Shown one piece after another: positions 1 to 14,805 of a DNA stretch of 64,000 nt. This DNA comes from the human T2T-CHM13v2.0 reference genome, Homo sapiens. Location: the NCBI RefSeq assembly GCF_009914755.1, contig NC_060947.1. The stretch is one strand, 5' to 3'. The first letter of the stretch is position 1; every line of letters begins with the position of its first letter. The notes beneath the pieces were generated by a model. That model saw only the letters and a list, made by a program, of their open reading frames with translations. It was not told the origin of the DNA and made no database searches. A program made the position numbers and the translations under genes.

Positions 1-49
1 AGAGGGCAGGAGAAAAGAGTGGTGGGTTTAAAAACTATCTATTGGGTAC

Positions 50-411
50 AGTATCAGTCCATTTTCATGCTGCTGATAAAGACATACCCAAGACTGGGAA
101 GAAAAATAGGTTTAATGGACTCACAGTTCCATGTGGCTGGGAAGGCCTCAAAATCATGGTAGAAGGCAAGGAGGAGTAAGTCACATCTTACATGGATGGC
201 AGCAGGCAAAGAGAGAGAAAGCTTGTGCAGGGAAACTCCTGCTTTTAAAACTGCCAGATATCATAAGACTTATTCACTATCACTAGAACAGCATGGGAAA
301 GACCCACCCCCATGATTGAATTATCTCCCACTAGGTCCCTCCCCCAACACATGGGAATTATGGGAGCCACAAGATGAGATTTGGGTGGGGACACAGAGCC
401 AAACCATATCA
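50..411 (-). mobile_element. THE1 (MaLR) solo LTR inserted into an old L1M 3' end (1-49, 412-510)
   Basis: Reverse complement of THE1 termini (gtatcagtccattttcatgctgctgataaagacatacc ... agccaaaccatatca); 5-bp TSD GGTAC at 45-49 and 412-416. Confidence 0.9.
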
Positions 412-576
412 GGTACTATGTTCTCTACCTGCATGCAATATACCCATGTAACAAACCCACACAAGTACTTCCTATATTTAAAATAAAAATTGAAATGAAA
501 AGAAAAGAAGTAAGTTCATTTATAAATTTTTAAAAGAAGCTAAAATTTGGGGGTTTTCTGACCTTGAGTTCTCTAG

Positions 577-623
577 ATGTTAATGCTTCAAGAAGATAAT
601 TTGTGAGGCTAGATGAGAAGGAG
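577..623 (+). pseudogene. Decayed exon-like block D (copy 1) of an unidentified repeat-exon gene
   Basis: ctctag acceptor; reads (D)VNASRR*FVRLDEKE; donor is GAG|gcaaag where the paralog at 17659-17707 has GAG|gtaaag. Confidence 0.45.
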
Positions 624-974
624 GCAAAGCCCTTAAGTTATGTTCAGTTCTCCGAACAATATTAATCTACATAGGAGGAGAGCTAAAAATTGCTAATGAT
701 TTAAAGCACTTACTTTAAGTAGATTACATGATGTTTCACTTAAAATTATTTCCATAACTCTTTAGGTATAATCCAAAAAAGCTAGAATGATGTAAAAATG
801 AATAGTGTCAAGAAGTAGGTGGTAGGGCAAAAAGGAAATATTCAATAAACAGTACATTTCTTATCCACAAACAATAACCTGCCAGAAAAGAATGAAAGCA
901 AAATATAAATATACAAAGACATACACATATATATTCTACATTTATCTGCTAGGCATAAATGTGATTCTTTCCAG

Positions 975-1204
975 ACATCTATGAAGAAAAGAGTAAATCT
1001 TTCCAGAACAACTGCAGGGCTGCATCATATAACCTCTCAGGAACCTATAGCAGGAGATAAGCTAGATCTGTTTTGGGAGCCTTCTTTCCTAATTGTTCAG
1101 ATTAGCTCCCATTGCCCCACTGGTCATCCTTAGGTTTTGAAGATGACTGAGTTTGACAGGCTCGTCATGGTTCTAATGGGAGTAGCACTGTCTAAGTGCT
1201 GCAA
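975..1204 (+). pseudogene. Decayed exon-like block A (copy 1)
   Basis: ttctttccag acceptor; TSMKKRVNLS...EPIAGDKLDLFWEP; homologous to 18065-18262 with many synonymous differences; in-frame stops downstream. Confidence 0.55.
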
Positions 1205-1970
1205 ATGAATTTCTTTCTGATGATATTTAATTAAGCCTCATGTACACCTAATCTTTGTTAGAGTTGACAGAATTCAGAAAAATAGTCTAATAAGCAGGAA
1301 GCCATTTATTCTTGCATGTCCCAGGATATCCCAAGATAGTAACACCAAGTGATAATTCACTTGCTCCCACATGTGCAATGAAAAGGAGTCATAAACTTAC
1401 TCAAAGTGGTAGTAGTAGCACTTATATTAGTCATAATACTAAAGAATGAAAAGAAAAATAATAGTGCAAGATTGAGGAGGAGAAGAAGAGAAATTAGAGA
1501 AAATACAGGAGGACGGGTAAGGGGAAGTAAAGAAAGATGAAAAGCAGGAAGAGGAAGAATAAAATGAAAAAAGTAATAGGAAAGAACAGGAAGGAGAAGC
1601 TGCATTTCTTTGTTCCTTACTTACACAGTCGGCAATGTACTTGAGGCTTTTATCTATATGTTCTCATCTGGCCCTCATGGCAAACCCCTGCCACTGAACC
1701 TTTTGCTAACTTACTGACAGATTTGTTTTGAGGGGAAACACAGGAGATTCTTTCAGAGTCTGAAAAGCAACAACTAAATACATCATATTACCACAACATA
1801 ATGAGACATACCTAAGAAAAATTACTTAGGACACATTAATTGACCCTTTACAATCTACGCAGTGATCTACCAGATGTAAGATTTTCAGTAATTCTAGTAA
1901 TTATAATTCACCATAGCTATTCAATTATATTTCTTTAAACTAAATGGCCCCAGTAGTTTTGCTATTTCAG

Positions 1971-2264
1971 ATACATAGTAGAACAATCCAGGAACTGGCA
2001 AGCAAATTCCTCCCAAACTCATTGTATGGTGGAATCCTTTTCAGAACAGAAGCTTCCCCTTGTTCCTGACTGTGATGATGTCCATATTAGAGATTACATT
2101 TCTCTAGTTTTCCACTGGGTGCAGGTAACTGACAAAACCCGACTTCATCAACTGGAACCAAAGTGCCTCCATTACCTACAAATGATTGTTTTACTACCTC
2201 ACCACCTGGAATTAATACCTACATGGAGTGCTAAACTCCAGAGACTAACCTTCTTCTAGCAAAG
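1971..2264 (+). pseudogene. Decayed exon-like block B (copy 1)
   Basis: ctatttcag acceptor; AAG|gtaact donor at 2264/2265; shares ctgactgtgatgatgt (xDCDDV) with 9853-9868; S/T/P-rich 3' reading NPTSSTGTKVPPLPT. Confidence 0.45.
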
Positions 2265-2491
2265 GTAACTAATAGATATATGTTAATCTTACAATGCAAT
2301 CAGTAATAGAAAGCGAAATTTTAAAGAGAGTCATGACAAATTCAAAGGAAAAGAAGGAGGAGAAATATCTATATTAGACATTGCAATATCCCTGTAAAAA
2401 TGTGGAAAGATTATTGCTCACAATTAAGAAGCCTTCAATGCATTCCTGTGCTTGATTGGATGGACATATGGATATATGGACATTTATAAAG

Positions 2492-2503
2492 ACACACACA
2501 CAA

Positions 2504-2527
<24 letters not shown>
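2492..2527. repeat. (CA)n microsatellite
   Basis: Directly visible, with one interruption. Confidence 0.95.
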
Positions 2528-2534
<7 letters not shown>

Positions 2535-3520
2535 TCTCTCAGTATGGACATCCATGGAGTATTCTGGAGAATAAAAGCAAGTGGTATAGTAATGGTAATA
2601 GTAGGTTCCAATTTTCATCTGAAAATAAAGTACCAAACTACAATTTGAAAACCTGAAGAGAGGCCTATGTGTGTTTCTAGGCATATCACTGTATATTCTG
2701 AATGTGTTTATATTTTAAACACACCCAGAAAGACACGACCTGACATGTGCTGAGAGATTATTAAGTATCTCATTATAAATCATTGCCTTATTTAAAAAGT
2801 TATATGAGTCGCTACTAATTTTGTTAATAACCAATAGAGTAATATATTTTATTTTTAAAAATGTACTTGCCCTGAGACACTAGAGAATCCTTTAACTTCT
2901 ATGTGTCTCAGGATTTCCCTGCATAAAATTGGATAATGGGAAATATCCCTTCCAAACTAGATGGCAGAACTGGGACCAAATTCCCACCAGAAAATTGGAA
3001 ACTGGATGAAAAGTATAAGGGAAAGGGTTTTCAAGCATTTTACATCAGGAAATGCATGACAGTGTCCATGAGAGAGAGGAAACAAATGAGGAGAACCACT
3101 CAGTTGTCCTCGCTGACTGCACAGAGAATGTAGGCTCTAGTGCAGGAAGAGGGAATCTAGGCAAAGCCTGTCAATTTTCTGCATTACCAGACTGAAATGA
3201 GAAATTGATGATCATCTCAACAAATGCATTGAAATATAGTAATTGACTAACATCTTTACCTGAAAAATATCAGCAAATGAGGAATAGCTGGGCTTCTACA
3301 ACAAACATCCTCCTTAATTGTGTAAGATTTGATGCTTTATTCCTGAGATCAGGAACAAGACAAAAATGCCTGCACTCACTGTTTCTATGCAATAATGAGG
3401 CTGAATTCAAAGCAATAGAATAAGATGACAAGTTCTGTTTTATAATTTGGAATCTTTGATGGAGAAATCAAAAAACTTCATCATTTACAGCCATTATCTT
3501 CCCCACACATGTGTTTACAG

Positions 3521-3591
3521 TGACCTCAATGTTTGCACTTGGAAAAAAATATCCCTATCAGCATGAATATCCAAAGTCTTCTAGAAAATAA
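3521..3591 (+). pseudogene. Decayed small exon-like block C (copy 1)
   Basis: tgtgtttacag acceptor and gtgaag donor-like site; homologous to 10980-11053. Confidence 0.4.
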
Positions 3592-3696
3592 GTGAAGTTA
3601 TTGATATTAAGTAGAATAGACTTCAAATGCGTATGAAAAATAACTCCACATACCCTTAGGGTAATAAATGAACATTTATTTATTATCTTATTTATT

Positions 3697-4257
3697 TGTA
3701 GAAAGTAAAAAGTTTTCTCTTCAATGTTTTCCTTCTTGTTAAAGAATAAATTATAAGTGTTAGAAATAATAGTTTCTTTTAAAGACTAACTGTCTTCAAG
3801 CCTTCTTGCTTTGTGCTAATAACTCTTTGTTAAGCCCTATCCTATGTAACTGTTGGACATGCTCACAGGCACGTTCCAGCTCACAGTCTATGCCCCTTCC
3901 TAATTTGGAAATGTTATTGCTTCCTTAAACCTTTTGTAAGCAACTTCTTTGTTCTTCCTTGCACTTACCTATTTAGGAAAGTTTCAGGTTATTAGCAAAT
4001 CGGGTATTGGTTTAAGATTGTGAGGTCCCACTCCAGCCAATGGATGCAGGACACAGCAGTAAGGACAACCCAAATGTGTAAGGGATAAATATGTCCGCTT
4101 TTCCTTTGCAAGTGTGCTCTCACCATTGTACCATCTGCGATTGAGCACCCTTTCTGCAGAAAGTAAAGATGGCCTTGCTGAGAGATCTTTTGTCTCTGTG
4201 CTGACTTTTCTTCACAGCAGCGATTATCTATTTCTAACAATTTTGGTATTTCTAACA
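3697..4257 (+). mobile_element. LTR10-family (HERV-I group, ERV1) solo LTR
   Basis: TG...CA termini (tgtagaaagtaaaaag ... tttctaaca); 5-bp TSD TTATT at 3692-3696 and 4258-4262; resembles LTR10D/E as recalled. Confidence 0.75.
3855..3876 (+). promoter_or_regulatory. p53 response-element-like motif inside LTR10
   Basis: GGACATGCTC (perfect RRRCWWGYYY) + ac spacer + AGGCACGTTC (one core mismatch). Confidence 0.5.
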
Positions 4258-5319
4258 TTATTACTAATAAAAATGGTGCTAATGTTAACAGGACTGATAG
4301 TAGTAGTTTATGGTAGAAATAGTAATGGTAATAACCAAATAGAAAGTTTACTTAATGGTTTTGTACCCGGCAGACAAGGCAGTTCAGGCTTTCATGTGGA
4401 TTTCCACATTATACACTGAAAATAAATGTGTGCCAAAAAAGCACTTAATAACTCCAAGTTCAGGTAAGACTTAACTGAAAAACATTCAGAAAGTACATTT
4501 GGACAATTAAAATCCATAAAAATACAAAAGCTATCATAATATCCAAACAAAAATTTCATGCTTCAAAAATGAAGGATCAATTTCACAATTCATACATGTA
4601 TTGAAACCTCACATTGTACCCCATAAATGTTTATAAGTATTGTTAGCCAATTAAAAATAAAACTTAAAAACAATTTTTAAAATAAATAAAAATATAAGGT
4701 CCAGAAGATGGCAGATAGGAGACAGAGCTAATGGGCATCTCCCACTTGGACAGACAGAACAGTGTGTGGAGACTCACACCATGGACTTTTGCTCCAAGAA
4801 CTACTGCAGGAACATACCAGAAAAACCAAAAGAATTTACAGATCCTCTGAAAGAAGTAGAGCACCCCTGCAAATTCTGCAAGACAGGGGAAAACCTGTGA
4901 GTTCTCCAAAAGTCAGAGAGGGAAAACCTGCCTCTGAACACACGTCCCCACTGGTGAACCTGAAAATTCAGTTTATGGGAGAGGGATTTAACCCTACCTA
5001 GAGCTGAAATGGATTTAGCATGAAATATAAAAGCAGAAGCAGCAGTGGGAAAAGCCCTGTAGGGACTGTCATTCTCCAGCTCCAGCCCAAGGAAGACATT
5101 CATGATTATATCTCACAGGGGCCCTTGAGGGAGGCAGACAGCGATATTAGGTAGGATTCACAGGATGAAACAAGCTTCTACGTGAACTTTGTAATAATTT
5201 CAACTGGTATAAACTCTCTTGAGCAGAATCTGGGGGGCAAGTGGAACTGCTGAAGAAGGGAGCTCAGGAGCAAATGCCAACTCCAAAATTAAGGAACGAA
5301 GCCTCAAAGTCATGTTTGC

Positions 5320-5959
<640 letters not shown>

Positions 5960-8076
5960 ATGTTTGAGTTTTCAGCCAGGAAGCTCATAGCCTGGAGCAA
6001 GGTCTGAGTCCTGCATGAAGGCTGCCTGGAGATAAACTGAACACTGTTAGTGGGGAACAGTGGGAGCAAGATTGGCCTTGCCAACTGCGTGGGAGCAGGA
6101 TGAGTTCTATCACTACCAGCATTCTCCTACTTTCTTAAAAACAGAGGCAGCCATAATCCCTGATGGAAAATAATCCCATTGGCCAGAGAACTACCTCCTG
6201 CTCCCCCACGGTGGCCACAACCACTGACCCACACCTGATAGTACTTCTCTACTCACCTTGCTAGCCAATCGCAAAAGACACAAACTCTTGGAAGCTTTGT
6301 GGCCCTGCCCATTGCCTGAGAAACCCAAATACTTATCCTGGCCAATGTAGGGCAAGCTTATATCCCCCTTTTACTATTGCAACTGGTACTCTCTTGATAG
6401 CACCACCTCCTGGCTGGAGACCAACCAACTCAGAACATTACAGCAATTCATAACAAAATAACCATACTCCAAGAAACAAGAAAACAACAACTAATTCCAC
6501 GGCTTGCAACATCTGGCTAACCACAGGCCCTGAGTCTGTCTATGTGACAACTTCAGTGCTAGCATAACCAGCATTCAAGAAAGTCAGCACACTAAACATA
6601 TCTACAACCAAGGACTCTCAAAGAGTCTACTTCACTCCCCTGCCACCTCCACCAAAGCAGGTTTTGGTATTCATGGCTGGCAGACCTAAAGAGAGATCAC
6701 ATCGTGGGACTCTTTGCAGACACTCCCCAGCACCAGCCTGGAGACTGGTAACCCCGCGGGGAGGCTAGACCCAGAACAACAACAACAATCACTGCATTCT
6801 GGCTCCCAGGAAGCTGCATGCCTAGGGGAACGGGGAGATCCCCATCAAGGGATCACCCCATGGAAAAAATGAATCTGAACAGCAGTCCTTGAGTTCCAAA
6901 TCTTTCCACTGAAATAGTCCACCTAAATGAGAAGGAGTCAGAAAAGTAATTCTGGAAATATGACAAAACAAGGTTCTATAACAACCCCGAAATACCACAC
7001 TAGCACCACAGCAATAGAACCAAACCAAGAAGAAATCTCTAAATTGCCAGATAAAGAATTCAGAAGGTTGACTATTAAGCTACTCAAGAAGATACCAGAG
7101 AAAGGCAAAAACCAACTTAAAAAAATTAAATTATATAGGATATGAATGAAAAAATCTTCGGAGAAATAAATATCATAAAGAAAAAAACTATCACAACCTC
7201 TAGAAATGAAAGACACAGAGGAATACAAAATGCACCGGAAAGTGTCAACAAGACACTACAGCAAGTAGAAGAAAGGACTTCAGAGCTTGAAGACAAGGAT
7301 TTCAAACTCATCAAATCAGACATAGATAAAGAAAAAAAAATTAAAAATGAATTTAAAAGGCCTCTGAGAAATTTGGGATTACGTTAAATGGCCAAACCTA
7401 AGAATAATTGGTATTCCTGAGGAAGAAGAGAAATCTAAGTTTGGAAAATTCGAGGGAATAATTGAGAAAAACTTCCCTGGCTTTTCCCAGAGAGCTAAAC
7501 ATCCAAATACAAGAAACTCTAAAACAAACAAACAAAAAACAAAACCTGGGAAATTCTTTGCAAAGTGATCATCACCTAGGCCTATACTCAACAGATTATC
7601 TAAAGACAAAAGAATCTTAAGAGCTGCGAGGCAAAAGCATCAGGTAACCTATATAGTAGGAAAACCTATCAGATTAACAGCAGATTTCTCAGCAGAAACC
7701 TTACAAGCCAGAAGAGATTGATATCCTATCTTTAGCCTTTTCAAACAAAATAATTATCAGCCAAGGATTTTGTATCCCACAAAATTAAGCTTCATAAATG
7801 AAGGAGAGATAAAATTTTTCAGACAAATGCTGAAGAGAATACACCACTACCAAGCCAGCACTACAAGAAATGCTAAAAGGAGTTCTAGATCTTCTAACAA
7901 AACCTTGAAATACACCAAAATAGAATCTCCTTATAGCATAAATTTCTAAGGGACTATAAAACATTAACACAATGAAAGAAAAGGTATTCAAGCAACAACT
8001 ATTCAGGAAAATATATTCAATATTCAAATGTATTAATTTATTTCATTCTTCTTTCTTAAATGATACCTTCCTAGTC

Positions 8077-8390
<314 letters not shown>

Positions 8391-8391
<1 letters not shown>

Positions 8392-8880
8392 TGAAGTAAA
8401 CATCTTGTCTCTAAAAGGCAAATGTAGACAAATGGGTGAGGCCTATTTCCAACATTTAGCATGCTCTCTGATTCACTATCAAAACGGAATGTGGAGTTTG
8501 CTTTTAGTTTTGCAATGCCTCATGCACGTAGTTAATATCAAACACCCAAAGAACTGAAGAAAATTAATCCGAAATGATTACTGTTAACTAGCTTTAGTAA
8601 GTTGGTTAGACAAGACATATACAAAAACCAAAAGCTTCCCTTAGTACCAGCAATCATTATATTAAAACATATTTGGAAACTACTGATTTTGATAATGGGG
8701 AAAGGCAATTCATTCCAACATTACTGCTTCGGACAACTAAGCAAGCTAAACAAAATATATTTTACAGCTCCTCTTGAAAGTCTCAAACACCTTCCTGTAA
8801 GTGAGGAAATGCCTGGCCAAAATCTAGGAGACAAGAACCAAGAAACGTAAGCTCTGTCTCATAAGTGGTTTGCACAGATG
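8391..8880 (+). repeat. ~490-bp local direct duplication, copy 1 (copy 2 at 20166-20663)
   Basis: ctgaagtaaacatcttgtctctaaaag ... tttgcacagatg aligns end to end with 20166-20663, roughly 90% identical by eye. Confidence 0.95.
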
Positions 8881-9756
8881 ACATTTGCTAAATGCCTGAC
8901 CCCAATCCAGTTCTCCTGGCCATAACTGGAACCTTACTCTCACTCCCACCTGAAATTATCAATATCCAGGCGATCATTCACCTATTATCCCGCTACTAAG
9001 CTTGACACAAATGTAGCAAAGTTTCATATCCTTTCTTCATCAAAGCAAATATAATTGTAGATACAGAGCAGAGAAGAAATATGTCCATTTTATCGGACTG
9101 TTAAAGGTCTAGAAAAGCTTTGAAGGCAAACATCTGGAAAACGATTCCTATTTTGACCCAGTTCTGCCAGTATTTATTTCTTCCACTGGCCCTAGGGGAT
9201 TTAACTCACAAAGATGATGATAGGCTGTTTACCATGCAATGAGAAGCACTAAACACACCAGTTGGCATGGAGTCAGAGACTACTATATATCTCATTATAT
9301 TTCATTGCCTTATTCCGTAAAAATAGAATTTCATTAAAAAAAGTAAATAGAAGTAAAAGGACAAGAGCTAAAACAAGAACTTACATTTCTGAAATGCCCA
9401 CTTACACCACATCAATGTACTTAGGAATTTTCTGTGAATCTTCTCATACGTTCTCACAACAAACACATGATGATGAATCCACTACACACTCATTGACATG
9501 GATTTGTCATGAAGATTCGTGAGAACACGTGTGAAAATTCACTTGGATCCTCAGATATAACAATGCAGCAGATATTATGTTTCATGTAACATAAAGGGCA
9601 TATTTAAAGAAGAAAAATGACCCATGAAATTTCCTATTTACAACCTACTTAACCATCTATGAGATAAGTTTGTCAGGAATTCTATTACCTATAATTCACC
9701 ATCACTATCAACTATCTTTCTTTACAACAAATTGTCCCAAAATCTTTATAATTCTG

Positions 9757-10273
9757 ATGAATGAGACAGCAATCCAGAAACAGCTGGCAGCAGGTACTTT
9801 CAGATTTATGATGGGAAGGCAGAGTTCTCCTAAGTGACTTGCTTGGAACTTACTGACTGTGATGATGTGGAATGAGAATTTCTTTAATACAGCAATGCAT
9901 TAAAAATGGAGATATCACTGTCTATCTAGAGTCATTAAAACATTAAAACCATTAGATTTGTAAGGGTGGGAGAGAACAAAGAGACACTACACAAAGTACT
10001 TACTTCACAAACCATCAGTATTAACTATCAATAAATAACGGAAAAACAAGAATCTTAGCAAAAAGAAAGACGAATCTGTAGAAGTGCCCAACTGTATACT
10101 CAGATCTCCGAAACATACAAACATTTCCAAGAGGAGACTTCAGGATGGCTAACAACTTAAAGCCCTTACCAGATGAATTAGGTGGAGCAATGCTTTACTG
10201 AAAACTATTTAAAAATCCTATAGGTGTAAACATCTCACTAGAATGGTCTCAAAAATAATGAACGATATCAGAG
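9757..10273 (+). pseudogene. Decayed exon-like block B (copy 2)
   Basis: Acceptor mutated (attctg); reads DSNPETAGS and LELTDCDDV; strong donor GAG|gtaaga at 10273/10274. Confidence 0.45.
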
Positions 10274-10979
10274 GTAAGATGGTAATGAATAGGTAATATG
10301 TAAAAATTATGAGCTTTTTGTACATAGGCCTCTACATGTCTAAGGATTTCCAGGCTCTTACCATTTGGTAATCGGAGATTACTGTTTCCAGATCAGATGA
10401 AGGAATAGTGACCAAATTAATCTGCTGTCTAAAACAAAGAAAAACCAGATATATACAGAAAAACATGTCTTTCAGACACTGTAGAGTGATCTGTGAGAGA
10501 GGGGACACATTAGAACAGTCCGTCCATTCTCCTGCCAACTTCTCAGAGAGAGAATATTGACTCCAGTGCAAAGAATGGGAACCCAGGCAAAGCCTGGCAA
10601 TTTTCAATATTAACAGATTAAAATGGAAAAAAAGAGATCATTTCAATTGATGCGGAGAAATATGTGACTAAATCTAACATCCATATCTAAAAATAATAAC
10701 AGCAAATCAGGCATAGAATCGAGTATATCCTCAATTGGTTGAAGGGCTTCTATGAAAACGCACAGCTAACGGAAGACTTAATTGTTAACATTTTTATGTT
10801 TGACTCCTAAGATCAGGAACCAGGTGAGGATGTCCCATTCACCATTTATATGCAACAATTATGCCAAATTAAAGTAAATGATCAGGTAAGGACATAATAT
10901 TTTATAATTTGCAATCATGGATGAATAAAATCAAGTCTGTCATCTTCAACCATTAACTTCCCCTTACCTGTGTTTGCAG

Positions 10980-11053
10980 TGGCGTCAACGCTTGCACTGC
11001 AAATAAATTATCTCTATGGGCATAGATATCCACAGGGTATTCTAGAAAAATAT
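10980..11053 (+). pseudogene. Decayed small exon-like block C (copy 2)
   Basis: cctgtgtttgcag acceptor and gtaaat donor; homologous to 3521-3591 including the flanks. Confidence 0.4.
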
Positions 11054-11334
11054 GTAAATTGAATCATAAAGCAGAATACATTACAATATGTATATGAAAA
11101 ACCACCAATGAAATCCTATGAGTGATAACTGATGATACCCTTCTTAGTACTAATATAATAGCAGTGTTACTAGGACTGATACCATTAGTTATAGTACTAG
11201 TACTGCTTGCAGTAGTACTAACAGGACAATTTGCTTAATGACTACATGCCTGGCAGATATGTACTTCAGATTTTCATATGCATTTCCACATTCCATAACT
11301 ACAACAAATTGTTCCCAAAGAAACGATATCCGAA

Positions 11335-11568
11335 AGTTTTGATTTGTCAGTGATTGAGGACATGTATATAACGTACATTTGCAAATGGAAAAAGACACAC
11401 AGAAATGCAGAGATAATCACAGTAATCACAGATAACCATATAATCACAGAACAGTTTTGATTTGTCATAGCAATTGAGGACATGTGTAGAACATACATTT
11501 GCAAATGGAAAAAACCAGAAATGCAGAGATAATCACAGTAATCACAGCTAATCATGTGATCATAGAAC
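11335..11568 (+). repeat. Tandem duplication, 2 x ~118 bp
   Basis: agttttgatttgtca...gaac at 11335-11452 and 11453-11568. Confidence 0.95.
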
Positions 11569-12129
11569 AACATTAAGACTGCTACGCAGCGTTAACCTCA
11601 CAGAAACCATCCACATTAACCTCAGAAAAACAGAAAATAAGAAGAAATTCATCTTGCTGCTACCTGTCCTCTGATCTCTGACCTAATAAAAGGTGTTTAT
11701 TGAACATGCTGTCATTTTTACCAAAGTACTAGTAATACAGTCTCTACCGCTATGATTACTCTACTACCAGTGTCACTACAAGGAGGTGAAGGAGAAGCAG
11801 CAGTAGCTACATAACTGATGACTTACATGGTTTGCAGTGTCCATGAGGCCTGTAGAGATTATCTCTTTTGACCCTCACAACAAACATGTGCCACTGAGTA
11901 TTTTACTGAATCAGTGGCTCAGGTTCGTTGCAAGGATTAAGGAGACAACATTTGTAGACTCTTTGGGAACCTAGAAAAAAACAAAGAAGCTACGTAATTA
12001 TAATATGACTATGCAACATTGAATACCTAAAATAAATGACATACTAATTTACTATTCACAACCTGTGTAACTATCAGCATGTATATTTTCTTTCCCATTT
12101 GTATTAGTGATAATTTCCTGGTTCTGCAG

Positions 12130-12392
12130 TTGGAGGATGAAAATCTTGAAGGGGCTGGTAGTAAAGCTCTACCAATCCATTGTAAGAATTCCGACTTCCC
12201 AAAATTTGCAAATCACTGATTATGATACTGAATGAGGCTATCTATACCGAATGCAATTCTACAAATATAGACAATGATTCTCAACCCAGAAATACATAAA
12301 ATGTGACAACTACAAGATAAGTTTATACTGGGAAGAAAAAAAGACAGATTAAAAAGAATGACAACCTTCTCCAAACAACCAGCGATAATTGA
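12130..12392 (+). pseudogene. Decayed exon-like block B (copy 3)
   Basis: ttcctggttctgcag acceptor; LEDENLEGAGS and, in a shifted frame, LQITDYD, parallel to NPETAGS/LTDCDD. Confidence 0.4.
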
Positions 12393-13254
12393 GTGAAGAC
12401 TCGTTGAAAAGCTAAATTTCTCTAAAAATATACATATGTATACATATATTCACAGATATCCATGCATACATAAGATAATGTCCCTGAAAAGCACACACAC
12501 AAAAAATTGAAGGGATTATGTAATTCAGGCTTTATTCACAATAATAATGAGCAAGCCCTATATTGTTCATTTCTCTCAAATTCATTGCCTGTCCATATCT
12601 AACTCTATTTTTTTAAAGAATTTTGATAAAATTCTTCTACTGCTTATTGCCTAATGAAGTTCAAAGATATTAATAAAAAGATATATGAAGGAAAAATGTG
12701 GAGAATCTACCACAGGAGTTCCTAAATGGTATTCTTAACAGTTCTATAATAATAATCAACACTAGGTAATTGCCGTTTACAAATTCAAACTTTCCAAGAA
12801 AACCAAGTTGGTGTCTGATATGACACGTTAAATGAAGCAAATGGCTGTGAAACTTATGTTGAGCTGACAGTTCATACAAATTCATGATGTGATAGGCCAG
12901 TTGTACAATTAGAAGTAACTCTTGGTGACTTAACAACTCTGTTTATGCAGGATATTAATTTATTGAATATTTAATTGAGTATACAAAGGGAGGTGGTTAT
13001 CTTTCTGGAATCATCTGAAAAAATGATGAGAACTGGTTGGAAATGGGGCAAGAATTAAAGACAAAAAATGACAAAATTATCTTTCCTGTTTTCCAGCCAC
13101 AATCATACATCAAAAAAAGAATGTATTCCAAACAAAAATAAATCAAAAATTGCTAGGACAAATAAAGTTTTCACAGATATAGACACAAAACTATTTAGTT
13201 TCCTTTAGTAGACATAACATAGGTTTGCCTGGATAAGTATTTTTCATAATTTTA

Positions 13255-13861
<607 letters not shown>

Positions 13862-14805
13862 TGGCAGCACACAGCACTTCCTTTCATCACAGCACCAGCA
13901 AACTGCTCTGGGTCCATCTAGTCCCACACATGGATCCCAGTGGCAGGGCACTAGCCAACTGCACTAGAGCCATTTACTTCAAATAAATGATGATTTACTT
14001 ATGAGGCACTCAGGTACCTCTTAAATTTGAACAAAAGTCTCTTGGGTTAAGTTGCTTTTGGTTTCCTGCTAGAGTGAGTTTAAAGTCTCAAGAATCAGGC
14101 CAACACTATCCTGGTAGGGGTCTCTTACAGACATCTGTTAAAAGAGGATAAAACAATTTTACAGAGGAGGCAACTGCTTCCAAATATGAGGAAGATAAAT
14201 ACTTTTAGGGTAGAATGCAGAAAAATTCTATACCTGGGGGAAGCCAGCTAAAAATACATGGATATTGGAAAGTTAACCCAGTAAGGCCAGCCAGGAGGCT
14301 TCCTGAAGGTGTCCCTTTCAGAGATTTGATTAATTTGATACCTTAAATGTTCCCAATTCACCCTGGCTGGAATATTTCTTCAGGCACAGCCGCAAGTGTT
14401 AGCAACAGCACAAACACCACCCTGTGCAGTGAGGCGATAATCTAAAGCAATGTGGTCATCTAGGACCATGAAAGCAAGGGAGTCTAGGGACTTCTGTTGT
14501 GCCCTAGTGGCTTGGGCAGTGGAATGAGCAATTTTGTTAACAGTGCAAGAAAAATTTTTGACCATATATTCACTCCAAGCAGAACCTAGTCCAAACCAGG
14601 ACCCCAGAAACCTTCCTAATCTAGCTTATTCACTAGAGTTAATTCCTCTGGGTACATCACCTCCTTCAAGAGTGTCCCAAACTGTAATGTAAAGGGTTCA
14701 CAATTGGGGTTGGATTGTGGCCTAAGACTCTCATATAGCTCTTGGAAAGCAGGCTGGGTAGCATTGGTGAGGCTAACAGAATAGATCAAAATTTGGGTAA
14801 AAGCT
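13862..14805 (-). mobile_element. Decayed class I (gamma-type) ERV env fragment
   Basis: ORF 14380-14565 KSLDSLAFMVLDDHIALDYRLTAQGGVCAVANTCGC matches the TM heptad, immunosuppressive domain and a damaged CX6CC; in-frame upstream fusion-peptide-like RFLGSWFGLG; stops and frameshifts. Confidence 0.85.

Noticed and set aside
2066-2135. GTGATGA...CTGA as a C/D-box snoRNA (also at 9859)
   Set aside because: No terminal stem, and the 9859 copy has no downstream D box. The motif is better explained as conserved DCDD codons.
14380-14565. Domesticated syncytin-like env gene
   Set aside because: Only 61 codons are open, the CX6CC and ISD are damaged, and SU is truncated.
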